NCBI GenBank assembly: GCA_028286885.1
Contig: JAQBQS010000008.1
Coordinates: 12,121-76,120, forward strand
Direction: 5' to 3'
DNA length: 64,000 bases
Origin: Patescibacteria group bacterium
GTDB lineage: Bacteria; Patescibacteriota; Minisyncoccia; Phycocordibacterales; UBA1006
The position numbers were made by a program, and so were the translations under genes. The notes beneath the pieces were generated by a model, which was not told the DNA's origin, ran no database searches, and worked only from the letters and a program-made list of their open reading frames with translations. Positions 45,924 to 54,898 of this stretch are shown one piece after another; the first letter of the stretch is position 1; every line of letters starts with the position of its first letter.

Positions 45924-46403
45924 ATGCCCGAGAAAACTTCTTTCATCGAAAATATTTCACTCCGCGCGACCAAGTGGATCGGCTCGACTGCATCGCTTGT
46001 CACGCACACGGTCATTTTCGTGATATGCGGAATCGTCATTCTGGCGGGCGTTCCCGTAGACCGCGTTCTCTTGGTTCTAACGACGATCGTTTCACTCGAG
46101 GCAATTTACTTGTCGATTTTCATCCAGATGTCCGTCAATAGAAACGAGTCGAAACTCGAGGAAGTATCCGACGACATCGAAGAAATCCAAGAGGACGTCG
46201 AGGGAATCGAACAGGACGTCGACGAAATTCAAAAAGACATTGATGAAATTCAAGAAGACGTCGACGAAATCCACGACGAGATCGAAGACGATCCAGACAC
46301 GAAGCATTTGGAGCATATCAAGAAGACATTAGGAGCATTGATCAAGGAAATGGAAATGCTCCACTCGCATACGCAAACGCCTTCAAAGAAAAAGAAAGAA
46401 TAG
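45924..46403 (+). CDS. DUF1003-like membrane protein with acidic heptad tandem repeat
   Basis: Two TM helices, then five to six copies of D[IV][DE]EIQ[EK] as a 21-nt tandem repeat. TATAAT lies 8 nt upstream of the ATG. Confidence 0.5.
   Translation: MPEKTSFIENISLRATKWIGSTASLVTHTVIFVICGIVILAGVPVDRVLLVLTTIVSLEAIYLSIFIQMSVNRNESKLEEVSDDIEEIQEDVEGIEQDVDEIQKDIDEIQEDVDEIHDEIEDDPDTKHLEHIKKTLGALIKEMEMLHSHTQTPSKKKKE
46167..46293 (+). repeat. 21-nt tandem coding repeat (about 6 copies)
   Basis: gacatcgaagaaatccaagag / gacgtcgagggaatcgaacag / gacgtcgacgaaattcaaaaa ... inside CDS 45924..46403. Confidence 0.6.
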
Positions 46404-46411
46404 CGCAAAAA

Positions 46412-46443
46412 AAATCACCCTTCATTACGAAGGGTGATTTTTG
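46412..46443. terminator. bidirectional terminator overlapping the stop of 46425..46958
   Basis: aaaaaaaa, then tcaccctt-cattacg-aagggtga, then ttttt. Confidence 0.6.
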
Positions 46444-46958
46444 AGCCACATAATCATCATCTGAAGCGTCGAAGGTCCGACTGTCCCCGTCTGCGTGATC
46501 TTGTTCTGTTTTTGGAAGGTTGTTACGTTTGTCTTGAGCGTTGCGCCATACGTATTATCAATGGCACCTGTCTTCTTGAAATAAAGATTCATGAACTGCT
46601 GCACGTATCCGACATTTTCATTCTTGTTGCCGGACTTGAGCGTGACTTTGTTCGTTGCCATAGCGGTCAGGTTTGTGGAGAGCGTGGCTGAGACTGACGA
46701 AGTGGTGGGTGTAGGTGTTGCGGCGGCGGCCGATGCACCAGAGGTCGAAGCAGTGGAGGTTGATCCGGCCGCCGCCTGCGAAGTCCCTTTCGTTCCCGTA
46801 TCAGGATTCGTTACGACCGAATGCAAGTCCCCGATCTTTTCGGGCTTCGCGGGCATATAGGAAGCAGGTTCGGTCATAGACATGTAGGCGAAATATCCGC
46901 CTGCGCCGAGCGCTGCAATGACAACCAACGTCAGAAGTGTAAAGAAGAAGCCTTTCAT
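46425..46958 (-). CDS. membrane-anchored protein with C-terminal peptidoglycan-binding-like domain
   Basis: TM anchor, Ser/Thr/Ala-rich linker, then GYVQQFMNLYFKKTGAIDNTYGATLKTNVTTFQ (PG_binding_1-like). Confidence 0.5.
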   Translation of the reverse strand: MKGFFFTLLTLVVIAALGAGGYFAYMSMTEPASYMPAKPEKIGDLHSVVTNPDTGTKGTSQAAAGSTSTASTSGASAAAATPTPTTSSVSATLSTNLTAMATNKVTLKSGNKNENVGYVQQFMNLYFKKTGAIDNTYGATLKTNVTTFQKQNKITQTGTVGPSTLQMMIMWLKNHPS

Positions 46959-47013
46959 ATTGATTAGTATAGCAACACTTTTCTTTTTTCCGCAATTATG
47001 CTAACATGGCCCC

Positions 47014-47247
47014 ATGAATACGATTACTCACATCCTGCCTTGGATACAGCTCGTTCTCTCGGTTCTCATGGTAGTTCTGGTGCTCTTGCAGCGTTCGGCC
47101 GATGGAATCGACGGAAGCGCATTTGGCGGCTCAGGAGGAAACATGACTTATTTTGCACGCCGCGGAGCGGAGCGGTTTCTGTTCGTAGCAACCATTGTTG
47201 TTGCCGTCCTTTTGACTGCGTCGACCCTTGTTGCGCTCGCATTCTAA
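47014..47247 (+). CDS. secG: preprotein translocase subunit SecG
   Basis: VLVLLQRSADGIDGSAFGGSGG...FARRG pattern; 77 aa. Confidence 0.8.
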   Translation: MNTITHILPWIQLVLSVLMVVLVLLQRSADGIDGSAFGGSGGNMTYFARRGAERFLFVATIVVAVLLTASTLVALAF

Positions 47248-47335
47248 GCACTCAGGTTGTCCGTATTCTTTTACACGCTAATCGTATGTTTCTTCGGGGA
47301 TATTCCTGAACGAAATATTGTTTTCGCGAATACTC

Positions 47336-49030
47336 ATGGCTTCTTTTAAAATGAAATCCATCATCGCAAATTTGACGATGCGCCAGCGCGCACTCTTCGT
47401 CGTCTCAATCATTATCCTAGTCATAGGTGTTTTTGGAGGCATCGTTGCTCTTTCAAACCGATTCTCATCACTTGTTCCGATCCGCGGAGGAAGCTACAAG
47501 GAAGGCATCGTAGGTTCTCCTCGGTTCATCAATCCGGTTCTTGCGACATCGGACGCGGATCATGACTTGACCAAGCTCGTTTACAGCGGACTGGTGCGCA
47601 TGTCGCAAGACGGACTCATCGAGCCCGACCTTGCTTCAAGCTGGGATGTTTCAACTGACGGCAAAACGTATACGATCACGATGAAACCGAAACTGGCTTT
47701 CCATGACGGCAAACCTCTCACATCGGCCGATGTTGTGTTCACTGTATCCAAAATCCAGGATTCGACATTGAAGAGCCCTCTTCGCGTCGCATGGGACGGA
47801 GTCACTGTCGCAGCTCCTGACGCGCAAACCGTCGTGTTTACCCTGTCAAAGCCGTATGCCGGCTTCTTGAACCAACTGACCGTCGGGATTATGCCGGAAC
47901 ATCTATGGGGCAAGATTGCCGATGACCAATGGTCAACAAGCCAGTACAACAGCGAACCCGTCGGATCAGGACCTTACAAGATTTCAAGCGTCACGCGTTC
48001 GCGCGTCGGCGTTGCGGAGTCAGTAAACATGACAGCGTTTCGCAAGTTCGCGCTTGGCGCGCCTTATATCGAGAATGTTTCAATCGAAAGCTTTGCAAAC
48101 GCAAGCGATGCCGAATCAGCTTTCAAAGCAGGAAGCATCGCAGGGCTTGCAGCGATTGATTCAGGAGACATTGCAACAACAAAGACGTCTACGACGGAGG
48201 TCCTGACCTCCCCCACTCCCCGTGTATTTGGAATTTTCTTCAATCCTTCCAAGAACAAGATTTTTGCGGACCAAACGGTCGTGAAGGCCTTGAACCTCGC
48301 CGTCGACAAGAATGCAATTATTGAAAGCGTCTTCGGAGGTTACGCCCATGCGCTCTCCGGACCGCTTCCAACACTTGTCGATACATCAGCAAATGATGCG
48401 GACACGAAACTCGCACTCGCCGCAAAAATGCTCGACACGGCAGGATGGAAAATCAATCCCAAATCTGGGCTTCGCGAAAAGACAGCGAACAAGGCAACCC
48501 AGGTTCTTTCATTTTCAATTTCAACAGCCAATACGCCGGAACTCGAGGAAAGCGCAAATCTGATCAGCGAACAGTTCCAGAAAATCGGCGTGAAGGCGTC
48601 CGTCAAAGTATTCGAGATCGGAACGCTCAACCAAGGCGTCATCCGAGGACGAGACTTCGACGCCCTCCTCTTCGGCGAGATTGTCCATCACGATACGGAC
48701 ATCTATGCATTCTGGCATTCGTCGCAGCGCGCGGATCCGGGACTCAACATTACGGGCTACACGAACAAGCATGTCGACAGCCTTCTTGAGTCCGCGATCA
48801 AGGAAACGGATCCGGCGAAGCGCATGGCGACTTACCAGTCGATTTCATCGCAGCTTGCAGTTGATGCGCCTGTCATCTTCCTTTATACGCCCGACTTCAT
48901 CTACCTTGTAGACAAGTCAATCCGCAACGTTTCGATCGGCGCAGTAACCGATCCGAGCGATCGATTCTCGAATGTTAGCCGGTGGTACGCATTTACGGAT
49001 CACGTGTGGAATGCATTCTTGAAACAATAA
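47336..49030 (+). CDS. ABC transporter substrate-binding protein, family 5 (peptide/nickel type)
   Basis: SBP_bac_5-like architecture with an N-terminal TM anchor. Start taken at ATG 47336, since the ORF-track start is TTG. Confidence 0.7.
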   Translation: MASFKMKSIIANLTMRQRALFVVSIIILVIGVFGGIVALSNRFSSLVPIRGGSYKEGIVGSPRFINPVLATSDADHDLTKLVYSGLVRMSQDGLIEPDLASSWDVSTDGKTYTITMKPKLAFHDGKPLTSADVVFTVSKIQDSTLKSPLRVAWDGVTVAAPDAQTVVFTLSKPYAGFLNQLTVGIMPEHLWGKIADDQWSTSQYNSEPVGSGPYKISSVTRSRVGVAESVNMTAFRKFALGAPYIENVSIESFANASDAESAFKAGSIAGLAAIDSGDIATTKTSTTEVLTSPTPRVFGIFFNPSKNKIFADQTVVKALNLAVDKNAIIESVFGGYAHALSGPLPTLVDTSANDADTKLALAAKMLDTAGWKINPKSGLREKTANKATQVLSFSISTANTPELEESANLISEQFQKIGVKASVKVFEIGTLNQGVIRGRDFDALLFGEIVHHDTDIYAFWHSSQRADPGLNITGYTNKHVDSLLESAIKETDPAKRMATYQSISSQLAVDAPVIFLYTPDFIYLVDKSIRNVSIGAVTDPSDRFSNVSRWYAFTDHVWNAFLKQ

Positions 49031-49045
49031 TTTCTCTCTAGATCA

Positions 49046-49087
49046 GAATTTCTTACAAGAATCCATTTGGATTCTTGTAAGAAATTC
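49046..49087. repeat. perfect 20-bp-arm inverted repeat (gaatttcttacaagaatcca tt tggattcttgtaagaaattc)
   Basis: Lies between the stop of the substrate-binding-protein gene and rnj. No U-tract follows on either strand. Confidence 0.7.
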
Positions 49088-49169
49088 AAATCCGAAGAGA
49101 AACGGAACCTTTCATCATTTCAACTTACGAAATGCGGAAGATTTATTACTTACAAAATTATTATTATTT

Positions 49170-51203
49170 ATGAACACTCATAAAGACCAATCAGAAAACT
49201 CCGGACACCACGGAGAATTCCAAAAGAGTCAGAGCCAGCCGCACCCAAGTGCCGGATCGTTCCGGCCGGGCGACCGCGGACAAAGCAGCCACAAAACGGC
49301 TGTTTACCGCAAAGACAACTCATTATCAACGATTGAGGCGGCCCTCAACCGAATTATTCCAGCCGAACACGCGGGCGAATTTCATGCGAAGAAAATGAAT
49401 TCATCTCGCCCTCCTAACAAGCGATTCACAAACGATCGCCGTGGCGGAGGCGGACGCAACTTCCGCGATCGCGGAACGGACATGGAGCGATCGCCAAGGA
49501 GGCACAACGACATCATCCCGCCACTTGCGCCCGGCGATTTGCGCGTCATTGCGATCGGAGGAGTCGAAGGAATCGGAAACGTCAACATGACGGCCGTCGA
49601 ATACAAGGATCAGATCGTCGTCATCGACGCCGGACTCGGATTCTCAAACGACGACACGCCGGGAGTCGACATGACCATTCCCAACACGAAATACCTCGAA
49701 GAGCGCAAGCACATGGTGAAAGCTTTGGTCATTACGCACGGACACTTCGACCACATCGGAGCCGTTTCGCAGATCATGGAATCGATCGGAAACCCTCCTA
49801 TCTACACCCGCGAATTCGGTGCAATGGTCATCCAGAAGCGCCACGAGGAACATCCTCATCTCCCGAACCTCGACATCAAGATTGTTGAGAAGGACGACGG
49901 AGCGCTTCCCCTCTCTGATGATTTGAAAGTCCGATTCTTCGGGCTGACCCACTCGATTCCGGACTCGACAGGAGTCATTATCGAAACGCCTTACGGCGAT
50001 GTCATCTCGACAGGCGACGTCCGCGTTGAAAACAACGACGGCATTCCGACTGACGAGGAATACGCGCAGTACGCGATGTTCAAGGAGCGCAACGTCCTCC
50101 TCATGACACTCGACTCGACAGGAATCGACAAACCGGGATGGACCATCTCGGAGAAAGTCGTCGTCGAAAACATCGATAGAATTGTCCGCGAAACCAAAGG
50201 CCGCATTCTGATCACCGCATTCGCATCCCAGGTGGAGCGCATGCTGAAATTCATCGAGATCGCAAAGCGCCACGGTCGCATCGTCGTCATCGACGGACGA
50301 TCAATGAAGAGCAACCTGGCGATTGCAAAGCACTTGAAACTTGCAACGCTCGACAACGTCGTCACGATCGAGGACATGCACAAGTATCCGAGCAACAAGA
50401 TCATGATGCTCGCGACCGGCGGACAGGCGGAACCGTATTCAGTACTGGATCGCGCGTCCAAAGGAACGCACAAGCTCGTAAAAATCGAGAAGAGCGACAC
50501 GATCATCTTCTCGTCATCCGTAATCCCCGGAAACGAGCGTATCGTGGACATCTTGAAAGATGCCCTGTACCGAAAGGATCCCAAGATCATCACGTATCAG
50601 GATTCCGAGGTTCACGCCTCAGGCCATGGAAAGCGAAACGAGCTCGAATGGGTTCACAAGCAGATCAACTACAAGTATTTCATGCCGGTGCACGGAAACT
50701 ACGCGCGCCTCATGATGCACCGCGACATGGTGGAAGGCCTCGGCTTCCCACGCGAGAAAATCATCATTCCCGAAGGAAACGGAACGATCATCGAATTCCG
50801 CAAGAATGCGGCTGAAATGGTCATCCTCCGAGAGCGCGCTCCGCACCAGGTCATCGCGGTCGAGGGACTCCAGATCGGAGAGCTCCAAGAGGTCGTCATG
50901 CGAGACCGAAAGCTGCTTCTTGAATCCGGAGTGTTCAACGTCTTCGCCGTCATTGACGAGAAAACAGGAAAACTGAAAAAATCGCCTGACATCTTCTCGC
51001 GAGGATTCGTCTACATCCGCGAGAACCAGGAATTGTTCCACAAGGTCCGCGGGCTCGTGAAGAAAGTCATCGAAGACCGAACGGTTGACCCGAACTACTC
51101 GATCGACGAACTCAAGGAAGAACTCGTCGAGAAAATCGAGCGGTTCCTCCTCCAGAAGACCGGCAAAAAGCCGATCGTGATGGCGGCGATTGTATCGTTC
51201 TAA
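49170..51203 (+). CDS. rnj: ribonuclease J (metallo-beta-lactamase/beta-CASP) with Gly/Arg-rich N-terminal extension
   Basis: HGHFDHIGA motif and beta-CASP region. About 115 aa of disordered N-terminus containing RRGGGGRNFRDRG. Confidence 0.9.
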   Translation: MNTHKDQSENSGHHGEFQKSQSQPHPSAGSFRPGDRGQSSHKTAVYRKDNSLSTIEAALNRIIPAEHAGEFHAKKMNSSRPPNKRFTNDRRGGGGRNFRDRGTDMERSPRRHNDIIPPLAPGDLRVIAIGGVEGIGNVNMTAVEYKDQIVVIDAGLGFSNDDTPGVDMTIPNTKYLEERKHMVKALVITHGHFDHIGAVSQIMESIGNPPIYTREFGAMVIQKRHEEHPHLPNLDIKIVEKDDGALPLSDDLKVRFFGLTHSIPDSTGVIIETPYGDVISTGDVRVENNDGIPTDEEYAQYAMFKERNVLLMTLDSTGIDKPGWTISEKVVVENIDRIVRETKGRILITAFASQVERMLKFIEIAKRHGRIVVIDGRSMKSNLAIAKHLKLATLDNVVTIEDMHKYPSNKIMMLATGGQAEPYSVLDRASKGTHKLVKIEKSDTIIFSSSVIPGNERIVDILKDALYRKDPKIITYQDSEVHASGHGKRNELEWVHKQINYKYFMPVHGNYARLMMHRDMVEGLGFPREKIIIPEGNGTIIEFRKNAAEMVILRERAPHQVIAVEGLQIGELQEVVMRDRKLLLESGVFNVFAVIDEKTGKLKKSPDIFSRGFVYIRENQELFHKVRGLVKKVIEDRTVDPNYSIDELKEELVEKIERFLLQKTGKKPIVMAAIVSF

Positions 51204-51246
51204 CACCTCTCCCCAACCCTCTCCTGCAAGGAGAGGGAGCCGGACA

Positions 51247-51279
51247 TTAAAAAATCCCAACATCTGTTGGGATTTTTGG
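51247..51279. terminator. bidirectional terminator after rnj
   Basis: aaaaaatcccaaca-tctg-ttgggattttt hairpin. A GC-rich hairpin without a U-run precedes it at 51218..51238. Confidence 0.55.
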
Positions 51280-51280
51280 T

Positions 51281-51808
51281 TTACTGTACCAACGCCATGA
51301 TTTCGGAAGCAGCTTCCTCTGCAGAATAGATACTTGAATCTATAATCGGAGCATTTCCTTTCAGGGCAAGGTACGCATCATAGCGTTCCATGTATCCTTT
51401 GTCGTCGGTAAATGAAAGTTTCTTGTTTGTTTCGGCAGCATTCTTAACGCGCAGTGCGAACCGCTCCTTCAGAACGTCCAATGGCGCTTCGATGTTCACA
51501 TACGTTACTTCGATGCCATGATTCCTTCCAATTTCCTCAAGTCGTTTGTTCATTGCTGCCTGGGTAACCGATCCGCCTTCGAGAATCAAAGACATACCGC
51601 TTTCAAGCATTTTTTCTGCTACCAAGAGCAGCGATTCTTGGACAGCCTCCCTGTCTCGGTCAGGCGTATAATCGGAGATAAGCCACTTGATGGCATTCTG
51701 CGAAAGCTCAAAAACTCTTTCGTACTTTGGCATGATTGCTTTTACTGCGGACGTCTTCCCTCCGCATACGGGACCATTAAGGATGAGGATGAATTGTTTC
51801 TTGGACAT
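51281..51808 (-). CDS. P-loop kinase-like protein (AAA_33/zeta-toxin-like fold)
   Basis: ILNGPVCGGKTS Walker A; 175 aa. Confidence 0.5.
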   Translation of the reverse strand: MSKKQFILILNGPVCGGKTSAVKAIMPKYERVFELSQNAIKWLISDYTPDRDREAVQESLLLVAEKMLESGMSLILEGGSVTQAAMNKRLEEIGRNHGIEVTYVNIEAPLDVLKERFALRVKNAAETNKKLSFTDDKGYMERYDAYLALKGNAPIIDSSIYSAEEAASEIMALVQ

Positions 51809-51941
51809 AGAAATTTTTTAAGGTAATTTGAATTAAATAACAATATTATGTCACTAGGATAATACAATATTATTTACAATTTCGCAATCTTTCACAAATT
51901 TATCTCGATTTTATGTCCAAGACGCGCTATAATAGTGCACA

Positions 51942-53096
51942 ATGAAACACCGCCAACTTCTGCGCACCACATACTGGGCAGGCTTTCTTTTCTCGCTGCA
52001 CGTCGCCCTGACTGTCTTCGTAAACTCTTCATTCCTCTCGACGCGGATCTCGGACTCGCTCGTAGGGCTCTTTTATGCTGCATCAGCGATCGTCGGCATT
52101 GCCGGGCTGTATCTCGTTCCAAAGCTCATCAACTGGTTCGGAACGAGTCGCGTCTTGGGCTTTCTCATGCTTGCCAACATCGTGAATCTCTTTGTGTTCG
52201 GCGCAGTATCAAACCCATATATTATCGGCGCAAGCTTCATTCTCTTCTTCGCGTTCAATACACTTCTGTATCTCGGCATCGATATCATCGTCGAACGATT
52301 CTCCGAGAATTCCGCCCAAGGCGATGTACGCGGTTCGTATTTAACAATGATGAACCTGGGATATGTACTCGCGCCGCTTCTCGGCGGATTCATTCTCGAC
52401 CGGCTTGGATTCTCGGCGCTGTACGGATTTGCGGTTGTCATCCTCGTTCCTGTCATCATTGTCATATCATTTCAGCTGCCAACCATCCGGACAACGCATC
52501 CTTCCAAGGAAAACATCCTCGAACTTGCCAAGAAGTTCATGCAGCACAAGAGGTTCCGGCTCGCATTTTTCGTAAACTTTATCCTGCAATTCTTCTATGC
52601 GTGGATGGTCATCTATACACCGATCTATTTGCACGAAATCGCGCACATCGCGTGGGACACCATCGGAATCATTTTCGCGATCATGCTGACCGCGTTCGTC
52701 ATTCTTGAATATCCTCTTGGAAAAATTGCCGACAAGATTCACATCGAAAAACACTTGATGATTATTGGATTGTTTATCATGGGATTTGCAACACTGTTTG
52801 TCGCGCGCGCTCCATCGATAAGTATTTTGTCGCTGACGTTGATTCTTCTTGTCACGCGCGTAGGTGCGAGCATGGTGGAAGTCGCCACCGAATCATACTT
52901 TTTCAAGTCGGTGCATCATGACGACACGGGCTCGATCGGATTCTTCCGAAACACGTATCCGTTCGCCTATATCCTCGCACCCCTCATCGCCTCGCTCGTC
53001 CTCAAGTTCGCACCGCTGAAGGCCTTGTTTCCAATTCTTGGCGTAATCTGTTTTCTTGGAATTTTGATTGCGGGCAGAATTAGGAAGGTAAAATAA
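51942..53096 (+). CDS. MFS transporter
   Basis: About 12 TM helices. TATAAT lies 8 nt upstream of the ATG. Confidence 0.8.
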   Translation: MKHRQLLRTTYWAGFLFSLHVALTVFVNSSFLSTRISDSLVGLFYAASAIVGIAGLYLVPKLINWFGTSRVLGFLMLANIVNLFVFGAVSNPYIIGASFILFFAFNTLLYLGIDIIVERFSENSAQGDVRGSYLTMMNLGYVLAPLLGGFILDRLGFSALYGFAVVILVPVIIVISFQLPTIRTTHPSKENILELAKKFMQHKRFRLAFFVNFILQFFYAWMVIYTPIYLHEIAHIAWDTIGIIFAIMLTAFVILEYPLGKIADKIHIEKHLMIIGLFIMGFATLFVARAPSISILSLTLILLVTRVGASMVEVATESYFFKSVHHDDTGSIGFFRNTYPFAYILAPLIASLVLKFAPLKALFPILGVICFLGILIAGRIRKVK

Positions 53097-53147
53097 TTGT
53101 GCAAAAAAAGAAAGCGCTCGTGGATATAAATCCGCGAACGCTTTTTG

Positions 53148-53558
53148 TTAGTTCCATTGCCAGACTTCCATGAAAGGCTTACCGATAGCTGCATCAGTTC
53201 CTTCCTTAAAGATAAATATTCCATCAGGAGCTATCGTTACTGTATCAGTAACGTAGATTATATGTCCCATTGGATTATCACCTCTTACAGCGATAAACTT
53301 TTTATCCTTCAGGAAGGTTTCCTCTACCGCATAACTATCAGGGTTGAGGCCGAGCTCGTATTTAGTGCTAAGCAGAGTGACTCCCTCTTTTTTCACATAA
53401 TTGTAAGTTGTGTTTTCTGAGAGAAGTTCGCGAACTGTATCCATATCCGAGGCATAAACATACCTCCATTTTATGGAGTTTTTTCCTTTCAGTGCCTGTT
53501 TAATCTCTTCCAGCACCTCCGGCATGTTTTCTTCCGTTACTATGATTCCTTTTTTCAT
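53148..53558 (-). CDS. hypothetical protein, paralog A of a tandem pair (GIIVTEEN ... DGIFIF ... WxWN)
   Basis: Shares conserved blocks with the 53722..54141 product. Has its own TTGACA-17-TAATAT promoter. Confidence 0.55.
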   Translation of the reverse strand: MKKGIIVTEENMPEVLEEIKQALKGKNSIKWRYVYASDMDTVRELLSENTTYNYVKKEGVTLLSTKYELGLNPDSYAVEETFLKDKKFIAVRGDNPMGHIIYVTDTVTIAPDGIFIFKEGTDAAIGKPFMEVWQWN

Positions 53559-53608
53559 TTACTTGTTGGGTTTTTTATATTAAAAAAATAAAGATCATTT
53601 ATACTGAT

Positions 53609-53637
53609 ATATTAGCATATTTGCAATATATTGTCAA
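53609..53637 (-). promoter_or_regulatory. promoter TTGACA-17-TAATAT for paralog A, 50-nt leader
   Basis: Consensus -35. Duplicated at 54186..54214. Confidence 0.5.
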
Positions 53638-53721
53638 GTATAACAACCCTTACAATATAATGGTTAAAAAATAAAAAACGCTCCTTACGGGGAGCGTTTG
53701 TGATGCTTGGGCATCGATTTC

Positions 53722-54141
53722 TTAATTCCACTTCCATACCTTGATATGCGACATGTCACTAGATGCAAAGTTCGGATCCTGACCTTTCGTAAGGAAGATA
53801 AAGATTCCATCCTCTTCGATAGCGACCCGGGTTCCGAGCATGATGTAATCGTCCTGAACAGAATCGTTCAGCCTGATACACTTCCTCTCCTCGACAGTCT
53901 CGATCTTGATATAGCTGTGTCCTAGTCTGTACTCGTTCCTGAAGCTCATAACCGGTATGTGGTCTATTGACATCGAGTCGTGACCCTTATGAGCTGCCAA
54001 ATATTCACGAGCCGTTTCTATGTCCGGAGTGTAAATTCTCCTCCATAAGATGCTTTCTTTTCTGACGAACTTCGCATGAATGAGGGTTAGAACTTCTTCT
54101 ATGTTTTCTTCTGTTACGATGATTCCTTGAATTTGATTCAT
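53722..54141 (-). CDS. hypothetical protein, paralog B of a tandem pair
   Basis: GIIVTEENIEEVL ... EDGIFIF ... VWKWN. A near-identical promoter and leader lie upstream. Confidence 0.55.
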   Translation of the reverse strand: MNQIQGIIVTEENIEEVLTLIHAKFVRKESILWRRIYTPDIETAREYLAAHKGHDSMSIDHIPVMSFRNEYRLGHSYIKIETVEERKCIRLNDSVQDDYIMLGTRVAIEEDGIFIFLTKGQDPNFASSDMSHIKVWKWN

Positions 54142-54185
54142 TTGGTTGGTTTTTATATTAAAAAATAAAGATCATTTATATAATT

Positions 54186-54214
54186 ATATTAGCATAATTA
54201 ACATTATTTGTCAA
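54186..54214 (-). promoter_or_regulatory. promoter TTGACA-17-TAATAT for paralog B, 44-nt leader
   Basis: A near-identical copy of 53609..53637 including the leader. Confidence 0.5.
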
Positions 54215-54258
54215 GTATAAAAACCCTTATAAAATAAGGGTTTTTATTGATATCTTAG

Positions 54259-54846
54259 CTATTTATCGCTCGTAAACGTCGTTTCGTTCGTAGCTGCGAT
54301 TTTAAACGTTTTGCTGAACTTCCCCGCTTTTACCGTATAGGTTCCGGCTGCAAGTCCTGCTGTTGGAATATTCACCGTTTGCTGGCTTGGTACGATCGCC
54401 TGCGCACAGACTGCGCCCGTCGGACGGGATCCTGTTACGACAATCGTGAACACGTTGGCTGATTTTGAAATAGATGAGTCGGCTGTCGTACAGGAATCAG
54501 GCAAGTCGAATGATACGCGCGCCTGATACTGAACCGGAAATGTTTCGAGATTTACCAAGGTCAGGGCAGAAATAGTCGGCGTGCTGGTCGTGTAGTTAGT
54601 TGCCGTTGCCGAAGCCGGAGTTCCCGCCGTCTGCGAAGGCACGTCGTTGAGTTGAAGCGACGTGTCGGAATTCGTCGCAGGAACAGCAGAATTTCTGGTG
54701 AGCGCATAAGCAACTGCAACCAAAATTACAAGAATAATTCCTATTACGATAACAATCGTTCCTACTTTGCTTTTCTTGGGCTGCATTGGAGTCGGCGTAG
54801 GATTAGGATTTGAGCTCGGCATTGAATACATTTGATTTACTTCCAT
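54259..54846 (-). CDS. hypothetical membrane-anchored extracytoplasmic protein
   Basis: Pro-rich N-terminus, a TM helix, then a Thr/Ser-rich domain with two Cys. Confidence 0.5.
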   Translation of the reverse strand: MEVNQMYSMPSSNPNPTPTPMQPKKSKVGTIVIVIGIILVILVAVAYALTRNSAVPATNSDTSLQLNDVPSQTAGTPASATATNYTTSTPTISALTLVNLETFPVQYQARVSFDLPDSCTTADSSISKSANVFTIVVTGSRPTGAVCAQAIVPSQQTVNIPTAGLAAGTYTVKAGKFSKTFKIAATNETTFTSDK

Positions 54847-54898
54847 AAAAGTTGAATGCGAACGTTAACTGGTAACACTTTCATTATACCATGCAAAG

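Noticed and set aside
51204-51240. GC-rich hairpin ccctctcctgcaaggagaggg right after the rnj stop, as a separate terminator
   Set aside because: It lacks a U-tract and lies just upstream of a canonical bidirectional terminator (51247..51279). I regard it as an accessory stem of the same 3' end rather than an independent feature.
49644-51263. Long antisense ORFs (209, 200 and 214 aa) inside rnj
   Set aside because: They sit entirely within the well-supported RNase J reading frame on the opposite strand. Their products are low-complexity (D/E/L/R-rich) with no motifs. They are typical shadow ORFs of a GC-biased coding region.
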